NCBI GenBank assembly: GCA_037439425.1
Contig: JBBIWA010000010.1
Location: 41,590-105,589 of the forward strand
DNA length: 64,000 nucleotides
Reading direction: 5' to 3'
Origin: Acidobacteriota bacterium
GTDB taxonomy: Bacteria > Acidobacteriota > Blastocatellia > RBC074
Below, piece by piece: positions 9,273 to 18,810 of the stretch (its first letter is position 1; every line of letters starts with the position of its first letter). Made by a program: the position numbers and the translations under genes. The notes under the pieces were generated by a model. It made no database searches, was not told the origin of the DNA, and worked only from the letters and a program-made list of their open reading frames with translations.

Positions 9273-10220
9273 TTACTTCAAATACTCATCTGCGTTCTCT
9301 TTGGTCACCAGCGTCGTGCCGGTATCAATCCGTTTTTCGATCTTCTGGCCGCTGAGCACCTTGATCGCCGATTCAACTGCCAGCTTGCCCATCTGGGCCG
9401 GATGCTGAGCAACAACCGCGTCCATCTGTCCGGCTTTGACCGCGCGAACGGCTTCTTGCCCGGCGTCAAATCCGATGAGTTTGACTTTGCCGGTGAGCTT
9501 GCGCGCCGCAATCGCTTCCATTGCGCCGAGCGCCATTTGATCGCTGGTAGCAAAGACGGCGTCCAGGTCAGGATAGGTGGTCAACAAATTCTCCATCACC
9601 GACATCGCTTTGGCTCGCTCGCTGTCAGCCGGTTGAATAGCCAGTAATTGCATGCCCGGCGCGTCCGAGATCGCTTCCTGAAATCCGGCAACACGATCAG
9701 CGTGAGCAATCACACCTGAAATGCCTCGGATCACCGCGACCTTGCCTTTGCCATTAAGCAGCTTGACCAGAAACTCGCCAGCCAGCCTTCCGCCTAATTG
9801 GTTGTCGGTCCCGATGTAGGTCAACTTATCCGGCCAAGGCGCGTCGGTATCTACCAGCAGCACCGGAATGCCGGACCTTCTGGCCTTGCTGAGCACCGGC
9901 ACTACTTCGGCAGCGCCGGCCGGGGCAACTGCGATGGCTGAGACCTTCTTCAAAACCTGGTCTTCGAGGATCGAGACCTGCTGGTCAATGTTGATCTCGC
10001 GTTCGGGAGCCAGCACTGAGAGCTCGACCTCAGGATGCGCGGCCGCAGCTTCTTCCGCCCCTTTCTTCAGCGTCAGCCAGAATTCGCTGTCCAGCGCTTT
10101 CGTCACTACGACAATGTGCTTCTTCCTACCTGGTTCCGTGCCGCTACTGCAACCAGTAGCCAACAGCAGCCAAACCACAGCTAGAGTTACCACTCCCCAC
10201 CTTATGATTAGTCCTTTCAT
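9273..10220 (-). CDS. Sugar ABC transporter substrate-binding lipoprotein (RbsB-like)
   Basis: LATGC lipobox, IGTDN, GFDA, VAQHP. Confidence 0.9.
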   Translation of the reverse strand: MKGLIIRWGVVTLAVVWLLLATGCSSGTEPGRKKHIVVVTKALDSEFWLTLKKGAEEAAAAHPEVELSVLAPEREINIDQQVSILEDQVLKKVSAIAVAPAGAAEVVPVLSKARRSGIPVLLVDTDAPWPDKLTYIGTDNQLGGRLAGEFLVKLLNGKGKVAVIRGISGVIAHADRVAGFQEAISDAPGMQLLAIQPADSERAKAMSVMENLLTTYPDLDAVFATSDQMALGAMEAIAARKLTGKVKLIGFDAGQEAVRAVKAGQMDAVVAQHPAQMGKLAVESAIKVLSGQKIEKRIDTGTTLVTKENADEYLK

Positions 10221-10277
10221 GGTTCATTCTCCTGGATCAAGGATGAGCGTCAAGATGACTGAATCACTCATCAAGCC

Positions 10278-11312
10278 CTATTTACTGATTAACATTCGAC
10301 TCTTCATCGCTCGCTGGCGCCACACATCAATCCAAACAGCGACAACGATCACCGTGCCGATGACCACTGTTTGCCAGTAAGCTGAGACGTTGAGTAGGTT
10401 CAAACCATTCCTGAGCACGCCCATAATGAGCGCGCCGATCAATGTTCCCCACACCGAGCCGACGCCGCCAAAGAAACTCGCGCCACCGATGATCACCGCG
10501 GCAATCGCATCCAGCTCAGCGCCCATCCCGGCTAACGGAAAGCCAGAATTCATGCGCCCGGCCAGCACGACTGCGCCTAATGCAGCCAGTCCGCCGCTTA
10601 GCGCATAGACCGTCGTCAATCGCCGAGCGACGGGGATGCCCGACATCAAGGCGGCCTGCTGATTGCCGCCGATAGCATAAATGTCTCGGCCCAGCGTAGT
10701 GCGCGTCAGAAAGATGTGAAAGAGTGTGTAAACAACTAACACCAGGACTACTGGCGCGGGGATGTAGAAGATAGTGCCTGCACCGAGAAAGCGAAAATCA
10801 TCCGGCAATTCTGAAATAGGATAACCCCCGGAGATCACCAGCGCCAGCCCGCGCGCCACATTCATCATACCGAGCGTCGGGATAAACGGATGCGGCAGTC
10901 TCAATCTGGTCAGCAACAAGCCATTCACCATTCCGAGCGCTGCGCCGATGGCAATCGCTGCCACAATGGTCAGCCCAGACGGCGCGCCCGCTTTGACCAT
11001 CATCGCCGCCAGCACGCAGGACAATCCCAGAACCGAGCCGACGGAAAGGTCAATTCCAGCAGTGATAATGACCAGCAATTGTCCCAGCGCCAGCAGCGCA
11101 TTGACCGCCGATTGGCGAAAGACGTTGATCAAATTATCGAAGGTTAAAAAGAATGACGAAAGCGAGCTGAAGACCAGACATAGCAACACCAAACCCAGCA
11201 GCGGCCCGAAGCGCCGCAGCAACTGCCCCGGCATGCTTGGCCAGAAAGCGCGCCCTACGCTCTGTTTGCGCACGACTGGCTCTTGAGCCTGCTCTGCGCG
11301 TTGATCCATCAT
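10278..11312 (-). CDS. Sugar ABC transporter permease (RbsC-like)
   Basis: GIDLSVGS, ELDAIAAVIIGG. Confidence 0.93.
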   Translation of the reverse strand: MMDQRAEQAQEPVVRKQSVGRAFWPSMPGQLLRRFGPLLGLVLLCLVFSSLSSFFLTFDNLINVFRQSAVNALLALGQLLVIITAGIDLSVGSVLGLSCVLAAMMVKAGAPSGLTIVAAIAIGAALGMVNGLLLTRLRLPHPFIPTLGMMNVARGLALVISGGYPISELPDDFRFLGAGTIFYIPAPVVLVLVVYTLFHIFLTRTTLGRDIYAIGGNQQAALMSGIPVARRLTTVYALSGGLAALGAVVLAGRMNSGFPLAGMGAELDAIAAVIIGGASFFGGVGSVWGTLIGALIMGVLRNGLNLLNVSAYWQTVVIGTVIVVAVWIDVWRQRAMKSRMLISK

Positions 11313-11315
11313 TGA

Positions 11316-12830
11316 TTACTTTCCCCCTCCTGTTGCTAACAGCATGATTTTTTCTTCGCTGGCTTCTTCCCGGCGCAACTCGCCCGCGATGCGGCCACGG
11401 CAGATCACCAGAATGCGGTCCGCGAGGTGTAAAATTTCCTCCAGCTCTGACGAGACAAAAAGCACGGCCACGCCGCGCTCGGCCAGCTGCCGGATGAGCT
11501 GGTAAATTTCCGCCTTGGAGCCAACATCAATGCCACGCGTCGGCTCATCGAGGAGGAAGATCGTCGAGCCGGCCGAGAGCCATTTAGCCAGCACCACCTT
11601 CTGCTGATTTCCACCGCTCAGTGATACGACCGGCTGCTCAAGGTCTGCCATTTTGATTCGCAGCTCGCGCGCGAGCTGCCCGACCAGTTCCTTCTCTTTT
11701 TTTCCATTGAGAAAGATTCCGTATCGCGCAAACTCTCTTCCTGCTGCGAGCGCAACATTGAAATGAATCGAAGCGCCGAGCACCAGTCCTTTCGTTTTGC
11801 GATCATCAGTCACGAGCGCCATTCCATAACGCACCGCGTCCGCAGGCGTGTTGATCCTCACCGGCTGGCCATTGAGATAGACGCGCCCGGCATCGCGCTC
11901 GCCCGCGCCGAAAAGGGCTTCGACCAGTTCCGTGCGCCCGGCGCCAACCAAACCTGCTAAAGCGACGATCTCTCCGCGATGCACTGTGAAATTGATGTCG
12001 GAAAACTTGCCGCGCGCCGCTAGTCCTTCGACCCGCAGCGCCTCTTCCTTGTTGGCTTGAGCGCGTAGGGCTTCAGCTTGTTTGCGAATCTCGCGACCAA
12101 CCATGCAGCGCACCAGCGCCCCCACATCTGTCTCAGCTACCGAGGTGGTGATGATGTGATGGCCATCGCGCAGCACCGTCACCCGATCCGCCACCTCAAA
12201 AATTTCCTTCAGCCGGTGCGAAATGTAGATAATGCTCACGCCGCTCGCTTTGAGATGGGCGATAGTTTGAAAGAGGCGCGTGGTTTCGCGCTCCGAAAGC
12301 GGCGAGGTCGGCTCATCCATAATGATCAATTCAGAATTGGAGGAGAGAGCCCGCGCAATCTCGATCAGTTGCTGTTCGGCCACGCTCAGCTCTTCAACCA
12401 GTCTTCGCGGATCAATGTCATGCCCCAGGCTGCGCAGCAGTTTGATCGCTCTTTGGTACATCTCGCGCCAGAGCAGCCAACGAAAGACCAGGCGGCGCGC
12501 TGGATAGCGACCGAGGAAGATATTTTCAGCCACGCTCAATGATGGCACGAGCGCGAGCTCCTGATGGACGATGCTGATGCCCAGCTCAAAAGCCTGGCGT
12601 GGCGTGATGATCTGAACTTCGCGCCCTTTCCAGAAGATGCGCCCTTCATCGGCCTGATGAATCCCGGCCACGATCTTCATCAGCGTAGATTTGCCCGCAC
12701 CGTTTTCCCCCACAAGCGCATGGACTTCGCCTTTGCGCACCTCGAAATCCACTCCATGCAGAACGGTGACGCCGCTGAAAGATTTGGTAATACCGCTCAG
12801 TTTGAGCAAGGGTTCTGTGCGATTGATCAA
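11316..12830 (-). CDS. Sugar ABC transporter ATP-binding protein (RbsA-like, two domains)
   Basis: GENGAGKST, LSGGNQQK, DEPTRGID. Confidence 0.95.
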   Translation of the reverse strand: MINRTEPLLKLSGITKSFSGVTVLHGVDFEVRKGEVHALVGENGAGKSTLMKIVAGIHQADEGRIFWKGREVQIITPRQAFELGISIVHQELALVPSLSVAENIFLGRYPARRLVFRWLLWREMYQRAIKLLRSLGHDIDPRRLVEELSVAEQQLIEIARALSSNSELIIMDEPTSPLSERETTRLFQTIAHLKASGVSIIYISHRLKEIFEVADRVTVLRDGHHIITTSVAETDVGALVRCMVGREIRKQAEALRAQANKEEALRVEGLAARGKFSDINFTVHRGEIVALAGLVGAGRTELVEALFGAGERDAGRVYLNGQPVRINTPADAVRYGMALVTDDRKTKGLVLGASIHFNVALAAGREFARYGIFLNGKKEKELVGQLARELRIKMADLEQPVVSLSGGNQQKVVLAKWLSAGSTIFLLDEPTRGIDVGSKAEIYQLIRQLAERGVAVLFVSSELEEILHLADRILVICRGRIAGELRREEASEEKIMLLATGGGK

Positions 12831-12850
12831 AGTCGGCGCTATGTGTAACG

Positions 12851-12952
12851 CCCGGGAGCGCGCGCTGCCTGCTCGCCTCAGGCCTGCTGCGCAATTAATT
12901 CTCCCCAGGTCTTTCTGGCGAGAAAAGCACGCTAGAAGCGTGCGCTCCCAGG
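12851..12952. repeat. REP doublet (family A) overlapping the 3' end of the upstream CDS
   Basis: CCCGGGAGCGCGCGCTGCC ... GCACGCTAGAAGCGTGCGCTCCCAGG. Confidence 0.8.
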
Positions 12953-13927
12953 AATTAAAGAGACTCGTTCACCACTGCGAGCCGCAGCGTAGCAAGCCTC
13001 CACCAGTTCCACCGCTTTATAGCCATCAAACGCAGTTACCGGCGCAGGCTGGCCGTTCACAATGGCGTCAATAAAGGCCCGGTCTTCTTGCGCGTAGCCC
13101 CAACGCCATTGCTTCTCCATCTGCTCGAACGACTCCACAGTCGCCTCTGTCTCCAAGCCGATAGTGAAGCAAAGCCGCTCCATCTCTGCGGTTTCGATCG
13201 TCGCGTGATGGCAGAAGACTTCGATCCGCTCGAATGGGAAATGCCAGGTCGCATCGGCCGAAGTGGCAAGCGTCGCGTGCAGGCCGTTCTGAAACCGCAG
13301 TAGCATCGAGAAGTCATCTCTCTCAGAATATTCGTGTGAGGAAGCATGCACCATCACGCTTTCGACCTCGCCGAACAGCCAGCGCAGCAGATCGAGCATA
13401 TGGATCGGAGTCTCGTAAAGATAACCGCCAGTGATCGCTGGATCGCCAACCCAGGCAGGAATCAGCAACTCCCCGCGATTCATCTTGGCATGCGCTGAAT
13501 GAGGCGCCATTCCTTCTCGTCTGATCAACTCTTTCACTCTTTGATAGACTGGTGCGAAGCGGCGATTGTGGCCGACTTGAAAAACTCCGCGACTCCCTTG
13601 GCTGGCAGCTAAAACTTGCCTGGCTTCTGCGAGCGTCGTGGCCAGCGGCTTTTCGCAGAAGACGTGACGCTCGGCCGCCAGCGCTTTGAGCGTCACTTCA
13701 ACATGTTTCGTGTTCGGTGTGGTGATGTAGACAGCATTCACCGCTTCGATGAGTGCCTCCTCGCTCTCTTTGACTTCAGCGCCGTGCTCTCTGGCAATGG
13801 CCTGTGCGCGGTCAGGCACGAGATCATAAATCGCAGCCACACGCACCCGCTCATCGCGCTGAAGCAATCTCGCGTGCAAGCTGCCCATATGGCCGGCGCC
13901 AATAATTCCAATATTCAAACTCTCCAT
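12932..13927 (-). CDS. Gfo/Idh/MocA oxidoreductase (inositol dehydrogenase-like)
   Basis: GIIGAGHMG, CEKP, VGHNRRF. Confidence 0.9.
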   Translation of the reverse strand: MESLNIGIIGAGHMGSLHARLLQRDERVRVAAIYDLVPDRAQAIAREHGAEVKESEEALIEAVNAVYITTPNTKHVEVTLKALAAERHVFCEKPLATTLAEARQVLAASQGSRGVFQVGHNRRFAPVYQRVKELIRREGMAPHSAHAKMNRGELLIPAWVGDPAITGGYLYETPIHMLDLLRWLFGEVESVMVHASSHEYSERDDFSMLLRFQNGLHATLATSADATWHFPFERIEVFCHHATIETAEMERLCFTIGLETEATVESFEQMEKQWRWGYAQEDRAFIDAIVNGQPAPVTAFDGYKAVELVEACYAAARSGERVSLIPGSARF

Positions 13928-13971
13928 GCCTTCCTCTGATTTGTGTTCTTCGGGAGTTTCGTGGTTGACCG

Positions 13972-14613
13972 TCAGCTCAACAATGTCTGATAGCCTTCCA
14001 CGAAGACTTTGATAGCAAAGTATAAAAACAGCAAAGCGGAGCCAAACGATAGTGCCCGAATAAGGTTGGGCCCCATCACTCTACGTCCCTGCCCGGTGAT
14101 GATGGCGATGGCGAGCGACCAGCTCACTCCACATCCGAAGAACCCGGCCAAGAACGGCGCCAGCACCTTCGTCCCGTTTGCGCGCGACGCAATCACGCTC
14201 CCACCCACTGTCGCAAACCACAATATGGCCGAAGGTGAGGCCAGAGCTAAACCTAAACCGCGCGCGAAATCTCCGGCGCCAGAGCGATCTTCTGGCGGTG
14301 ACCCGTCACCTGAAGCATAGCTCACCTTCGCCGGATTAAAAGACTCTTTCAACATGCGATAGGTGAGCGCGAGCAACACGGCGGTGCCTCCAAGCCACAA
14401 GCACCAGCGCACAACCAGGTTCTGCAACACGAATGAGATAGCTACCAGTGAAGTAAGCGCATAGACTAGATCGCCGAAACTCGAACCGAGGCCGAGCAGG
14501 AAAGCTGCCCTCGCTCCGTGCTGAAGACCGGTGCGCACCATCGCCACGTTGACCACGCCCAGATCAAGACATAACGATAACGATAACAGAAAGCCCAAAA
14601 CGAAAAGCTCCAT
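13972..14613 (-). CDS. LysE family exporter
   Basis: Six TM segments; GFLLSLSLCLDLGVVN, GSSFGD, LALASPSAILWF. Confidence 0.85.
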   Translation of the reverse strand: MELFVLGFLLSLSLCLDLGVVNVAMVRTGLQHGARAAFLLGLGSSFGDLVYALTSLVAISFVLQNLVVRWCLWLGGTAVLLALTYRMLKESFNPAKVSYASGDGSPPEDRSGAGDFARGLGLALASPSAILWFATVGGSVIASRANGTKVLAPFLAGFFGCGVSWSLAIAIITGQGRRVMGPNLIRALSFGSALLFLYFAIKVFVEGYQTLLS

Positions 14614-14635
14614 CGAGCTACATTCCTTTACATGC

Positions 14636-15709
14636 TCAATTCAGTCGCACACCTGAGACCGCGTCAAAGAAGTGCAATTTGCGCTCATCAAATGACAGCC
14701 AGACTGGTGTTTCAATTTCCAGCTGGGTATCCGGGCTGGTGCGCGCGATGATCTTCTCCTGACCCAGCTGAAGAAAGACATACGTCTCGTTACCCATCAA
14801 CTCAGTGACGTAGACCTTCGCTGGGAACCCATCTGCGCTCTCGCTGGTCAAGATGCGCACATCTTCAGGGCGCACGCCGAGCGTGACTTGTTTTCGACCT
14901 TCCAGCAATGACAAAGTCTGAGCGTCAAGCCGCAGCGAGAAGTGGCGATTGACAAACCGACGCTCGGCTGGCGCGATCTCTCCCTCCAAGAAATTCATGC
15001 TCGGGCTGCCAATAAATCCGGCGACGAATTTGTTGGCCGGGCGCTCGTAGATTTCAAGTGGCGGAGAGCATTGTTGTAAGCGCCCGCCTTCCATCACCGC
15101 CACGCGATGGGCGAGCGTCATTGCTTCAGCCTGATCGTGCGTCACGTAAACGGTCGTTGTGCCCAACTCGTATTGCAATCGCTTCAACTCACCGCGCATC
15201 TGCACGCGCAATTTAGCGTCGAGATTCGAGAGCGGCTCGTCCATCAAGAAAGCGCGCGGCTCGCGCACAATCGCGCGCGCCAACGCCACACGCTGGCGCT
15301 GACCGCCGGAGAGCTCTCTCGGCTGGCGCGCAAGTAACTCACCGATGCCGAGCAGTTCCGCCACTTTTTTCACCCGTGTGTCAATGCTCGCTTTATCCAC
15401 CTTGCGCACGCGCAGCGGATAGGCGATGTTCTCTGCGACCGTCATATGTGGATAAAGCGCATAGCTCTGAAAGACCATCGCCACATCGCGATAGCGCGGT
15501 GGAAGGCCATTCACACATCTTTCACCGATGAAGATGCGCCCGCTGGTTGGCTCTTCCAGACCAGCGATCATCCTCAGCGTCGTCGTCTTGCCACAACCCG
15601 ACGGCCCGAGCAGCACGACGAACTCGCCGTCTGCGATCCTCAGATCCAGATGATCAACTGCGACAACCGAACCATATCTTTTAGAGATCTCTTCACAGAT
15701 AACTTCCAT
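14636..15709 (-). CDS. Carbohydrate ABC transporter ATPase (MalK/UgpC-like)
   Basis: GPSGCGKTT, LSGGQRQR, DEPLSNLDAKLR, C-terminal TOBE-like region. Confidence 0.95.
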   Translation of the reverse strand: MEVICEEISKRYGSVVAVDHLDLRIADGEFVVLLGPSGCGKTTTLRMIAGLEEPTSGRIFIGERCVNGLPPRYRDVAMVFQSYALYPHMTVAENIAYPLRVRKVDKASIDTRVKKVAELLGIGELLARQPRELSGGQRQRVALARAIVREPRAFLMDEPLSNLDAKLRVQMRGELKRLQYELGTTTVYVTHDQAEAMTLAHRVAVMEGGRLQQCSPPLEIYERPANKFVAGFIGSPSMNFLEGEIAPAERRFVNRHFSLRLDAQTLSLLEGRKQVTLGVRPEDVRILTSESADGFPAKVYVTELMGNETYVFLQLGQEKIIARTSPDTQLEIETPVWLSFDERKLHFFDAVSGVRLN

Positions 15710-15710
15710 C

Positions 15711-16580
15711 TCACCCTTTCACTGCTCCGAGCGACAAACCGCGCACCAGATACCGCTGCACAGCCAGCGCGAAGACCAGAATCGGTATCATCGCGACCAC
15801 GCCCGCTGCGCTCATGGCGCCCCATTTGATTTCGTATTGAGTCACGCGCCCGGCGATGCCAACGGGCAAGGTGATCGCTGCATCGGTCTGCGTCAGGATC
15901 AGCGCGAACAGAAATTCATTCCAACAAATGATCAAACAAAAAATAGCCGTGGCCGCTAAGCCTGGCTTCACCAGCGGCAGAATCACGCGCCAGAGCGCGC
16001 CCCATCGCGAATCTCCATCCACCATCGCCGCCTCTTCCAGATCGCGCGGCAGCTCTTCAAAAAATCCTCGCATCATCCATACCACAAACGGAAGATTGAA
16101 GCCCGTGTAGACGATAATGAGTGCCGGGATCGTGTCAAGCAAGCGCAGATCGCGCATCATCAAAAAGAGCGGAATGATGGTCACAATCGGCGGAAACATC
16201 CGCGTCGAGATAATCCATAACGAAAGACGCTCGTGTAACTCGAAGGGCAGTTCAAATCGCGCCAGGCTGTAAGCGGCCAGCGTGCCAATGACGAGCGCCA
16301 GCGCCGTTGAGCTGACGGCCACGATCGTGCTGGTCACCAGGTAGCGCCCGAAAGGCCGCACGAAGAAGGTTTCGTAGTAGTGCGCCCACGTCGGTTTGAA
16401 GGAAAACCAGATCGGCGGCACAGCGAATTGATCTACTTCGGCCTTGAGCGAAATGGTCAGCATCCAGTAGACAGGCAAGAGCGCAATCAGCACCGCAAGG
16501 ATGAGCAGCGCGTACTTCAAGGCCACCACCATCAGGCGGTTAGCCGATCGAGATGCTGATTTGTGGAGTGGCGCGTTCAT
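15711..16580 (-). CDS. Carbohydrate ABC transporter permease (MalG-like)
   Basis: EAA motif EEAAMVDG, WNEFLFA. Confidence 0.93.
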   Translation of the reverse strand: MNAPLHKSASRSANRLMVVALKYALLILAVLIALLPVYWMLTISLKAEVDQFAVPPIWFSFKPTWAHYYETFFVRPFGRYLVTSTIVAVSSTALALVIGTLAAYSLARFELPFELHERLSLWIISTRMFPPIVTIIPLFLMMRDLRLLDTIPALIIVYTGFNLPFVVWMMRGFFEELPRDLEEAAMVDGDSRWGALWRVILPLVKPGLAATAIFCLIICWNEFLFALILTQTDAAITLPVGIAGRVTQYEIKWGAMSAAGVVAMIPILVFALAVQRYLVRGLSLGAVKG

Positions 16581-16830
16581 CTATAGTTTCGGTAGCTGCG
16601 TTAGGGGCACACCATTCTGCCTTTGATGCGGCTTCACCTCGCGGATCACGACTTGCCCGGCTCTATCCTGCCCTCATCTTTCTCCTGACCAGGTATCTGC
16701 GCGGCGCCGATGGCTCAGGCGGATGATGGCCTCTGCCTTCAATCCAGCCTCGGCCTGCGAGCTCCCTTCGAGGTGGGCTGCAAGCCAACAGGCGCGCGAG
16801 TCTCTTTTCGAGACCCTGCCGTGCGAAAGG

Positions 16831-17017
16831 GATTTCCCGAGAAATCTTTCATGCCGTCTTCGACGACACCTTGAGATGATGAAAAGCTCACGAGCGCCTG
16901 CTTGCGCGCTGCGCGCAGGCAAGCACGCTGACCTAGTGCGCTCGGTCTTCGGTAATGGCTTGCTTAACGAAGACCGGCACGCAAAGATGCGTGCGCTCCC
17001 AGGGATTTTCCGCAGGA
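16831..17017. repeat. Family A element in reverse orientation with a nested palindrome
   Basis: Linker, class I spacer and GCACGCAAAGATGCGTGCGCTCCCAGGGATTTTCCGCAGGA; extra GCCTGCTTGCGCGCTGCGCGCAGGC segment. Confidence 0.85.
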
Positions 17018-17118
17018 ACTGGTTGTGCATATCCGCCAGGCCTACCACAAGCTTGCCGAAGGATGGGGAGGCGCGCTTCATGAATTCCTCTAACCCCTTT
17101 CCTTCTCGCTGCCCACCA

Positions 17119-18033
17119 CTATGAAGTTTGTTGCGGCCGCCTCAGCAGGCGAATGTAACCAATGCTGACGAAGTTGATCAGCACAAGCAAGACAAACGAC
17201 ATCGCCGCAGCGTAACCGAAATCGAAGAAGCGAAACGCGGTCTTGTAGATATACAGGCTGATCGTTTCGGTCGCAAAGCCTGGGCCACCTTGCGTGAGAA
17301 TGAAGATCTGATCGAAGATGCGCAGCAAGTCCATCGTCCTCAGCAGCAGCGCGATCAAAATCGCCGGCTTCAACAGCGGCAGTGTGATATAGCGAAAAGT
17401 TTGCCACGCCGATGAGCCATCAATCATCGCCGCCTCGTAAGGCTCTTGCGGAATCGCTTGCAATCCAGCCAGCAGGATCAGAAACATAAACGGCGTCCAC
17501 TGCCACACGTCTACCAGAATGACCGAGGGCAAGGCCATTGTCGGACTGGCGATCCAGGTGAGACTCGAGGTGTCAATCCCCCAGCCTTTCAATGTGCCGT
17601 TGATAGCGCCGAAGTTCGGGTTGTAAATCAATCGCCAGACGACGGCGACCACCACCGGCGGCAGCATCATCGGGATGAGCAGCAAAGCACGAAATAGATT
17701 GCGCGCTCGAATCTGACTATCGAGCAACAGTGCCAGCCCTAATCCCAAGATCAATTCAATGACGAGCGCCGTCGCTGTGTAGGCGAAGGTTTGCAGCAAT
17801 GCAACGCCGAAGAAATGATCTGAAAACAGCCGCGCGAAATTCGCTAGCGTCCAGCCACCTGCTCGATTCTGCAGGCTGACCGTGACGGCATAGACGAGCG
17901 GATAGATCGTCAGCAGCAATAACACCAGCACCGCTGGCGCAAGCAACAGATAGGGCAATGCGCGCTCGTGCCAGGGCGCGCGAAACTTGGTCGCTCGTTC
18001 GCTGCCAGTCGTTGCTATTCCGCGTTCAGCCAT
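17119..18033 (-). CDS. Carbohydrate ABC transporter permease (MalF-like)
   Basis: DVWQWTPF, YEAAMIDG, TQGGPG. Confidence 0.93.
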   Translation of the reverse strand: MAERGIATTGSERATKFRAPWHERALPYLLLAPAVLVLLLLTIYPLVYAVTVSLQNRAGGWTLANFARLFSDHFFGVALLQTFAYTATALVIELILGLGLALLLDSQIRARNLFRALLLIPMMLPPVVVAVVWRLIYNPNFGAINGTLKGWGIDTSSLTWIASPTMALPSVILVDVWQWTPFMFLILLAGLQAIPQEPYEAAMIDGSSAWQTFRYITLPLLKPAILIALLLRTMDLLRIFDQIFILTQGGPGFATETISLYIYKTAFRFFDFGYAAAMSFVLLVLINFVSIGYIRLLRRPQQTS

Positions 18034-18790
18034 TAAAGATGATGCTCGAACAAGTCAATCCCGATTCTGCCTTCAGCAGTTCTGAGACATCAAGCGCACG
18101 CGTGTGAAAGCCTCGTCCTTCCAGCAATGCGCGTGTGCGCGGGAACGAACTGGGCAGCAGCACCACTTCACCTACAACGAGCGCATTGGCTGCCCAGGGT
18201 TCATACGGATGGACATCAATCACGTCGCATCCTGCAAACTGCGCCGCATCCACCCAGGAGCGATTTACCAGAATGGTACTCCGGCCCAGATACGAGACCC
18301 CGCTCTTAAGGTGCAGACAACCGGTGACAGTTGCGGCTTTGACCTGATAGCCGTAAGGCTCCAGCAACTCGCGCAGTTGAAGAATGCCTTCCCGATTCGT
18401 GCGCGCTGTTTCGCCCACGTAAAAGATGCTACCGATGCGCAGCACATCTCCGCCATCAAGCGTGGCAGGCGCGCGCATAAACTGGAGCGGCCGGTAAGGG
18501 GCAAGAGCCGCCGCCACGCTTTCTACTTCCGGTTGGCGGCTCGCGGCTCCCGGCCTTGTCATCACGGCCACTTCATCAACTACGACGGCGGTGTCTTCGA
18601 CAAAGACGGAGTCCGGTAGATCCGGCTCAGCCGGAAGAGAGATCACGCTCACTCCCAACTCGGTCAGACAGCGCTCGTATGCCTGATGCTGCTCGATGGC
18701 TCTGGCAACGTCTATCGGTTGCCGTGGCAAGTAACTCAGCTCGCAATTACCGATCTTAGGGCTGACTGCGCGGGTGATAGCAGTAAGCAC
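18026..18790 (-). CDS. Dimethylarginine dimethylaminohydrolase / amidinotransferase-fold protein
   Basis: PDSVFVEDT, DGGD, CLHLKSG and LTCSS (Asp-His-Cys triad); GTG start after GGAGG. Confidence 0.9.
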   Translation of the reverse strand: MLTAITRAVSPKIGNCELSYLPRQPIDVARAIEQHQAYERCLTELGVSVISLPAEPDLPDSVFVEDTAVVVDEVAVMTRPGAASRQPEVESVAAALAPYRPLQFMRAPATLDGGDVLRIGSIFYVGETARTNREGILQLRELLEPYGYQVKAATVTGCLHLKSGVSYLGRSTILVNRSWVDAAQFAGCDVIDVHPYEPWAANALVVGEVVLLPSSFPRTRALLEGRGFHTRALDVSELLKAESGLTCSSIIFNG

Positions 18791-18810
18791 TCTTCTTTTA
18801 CCTCCAATCA

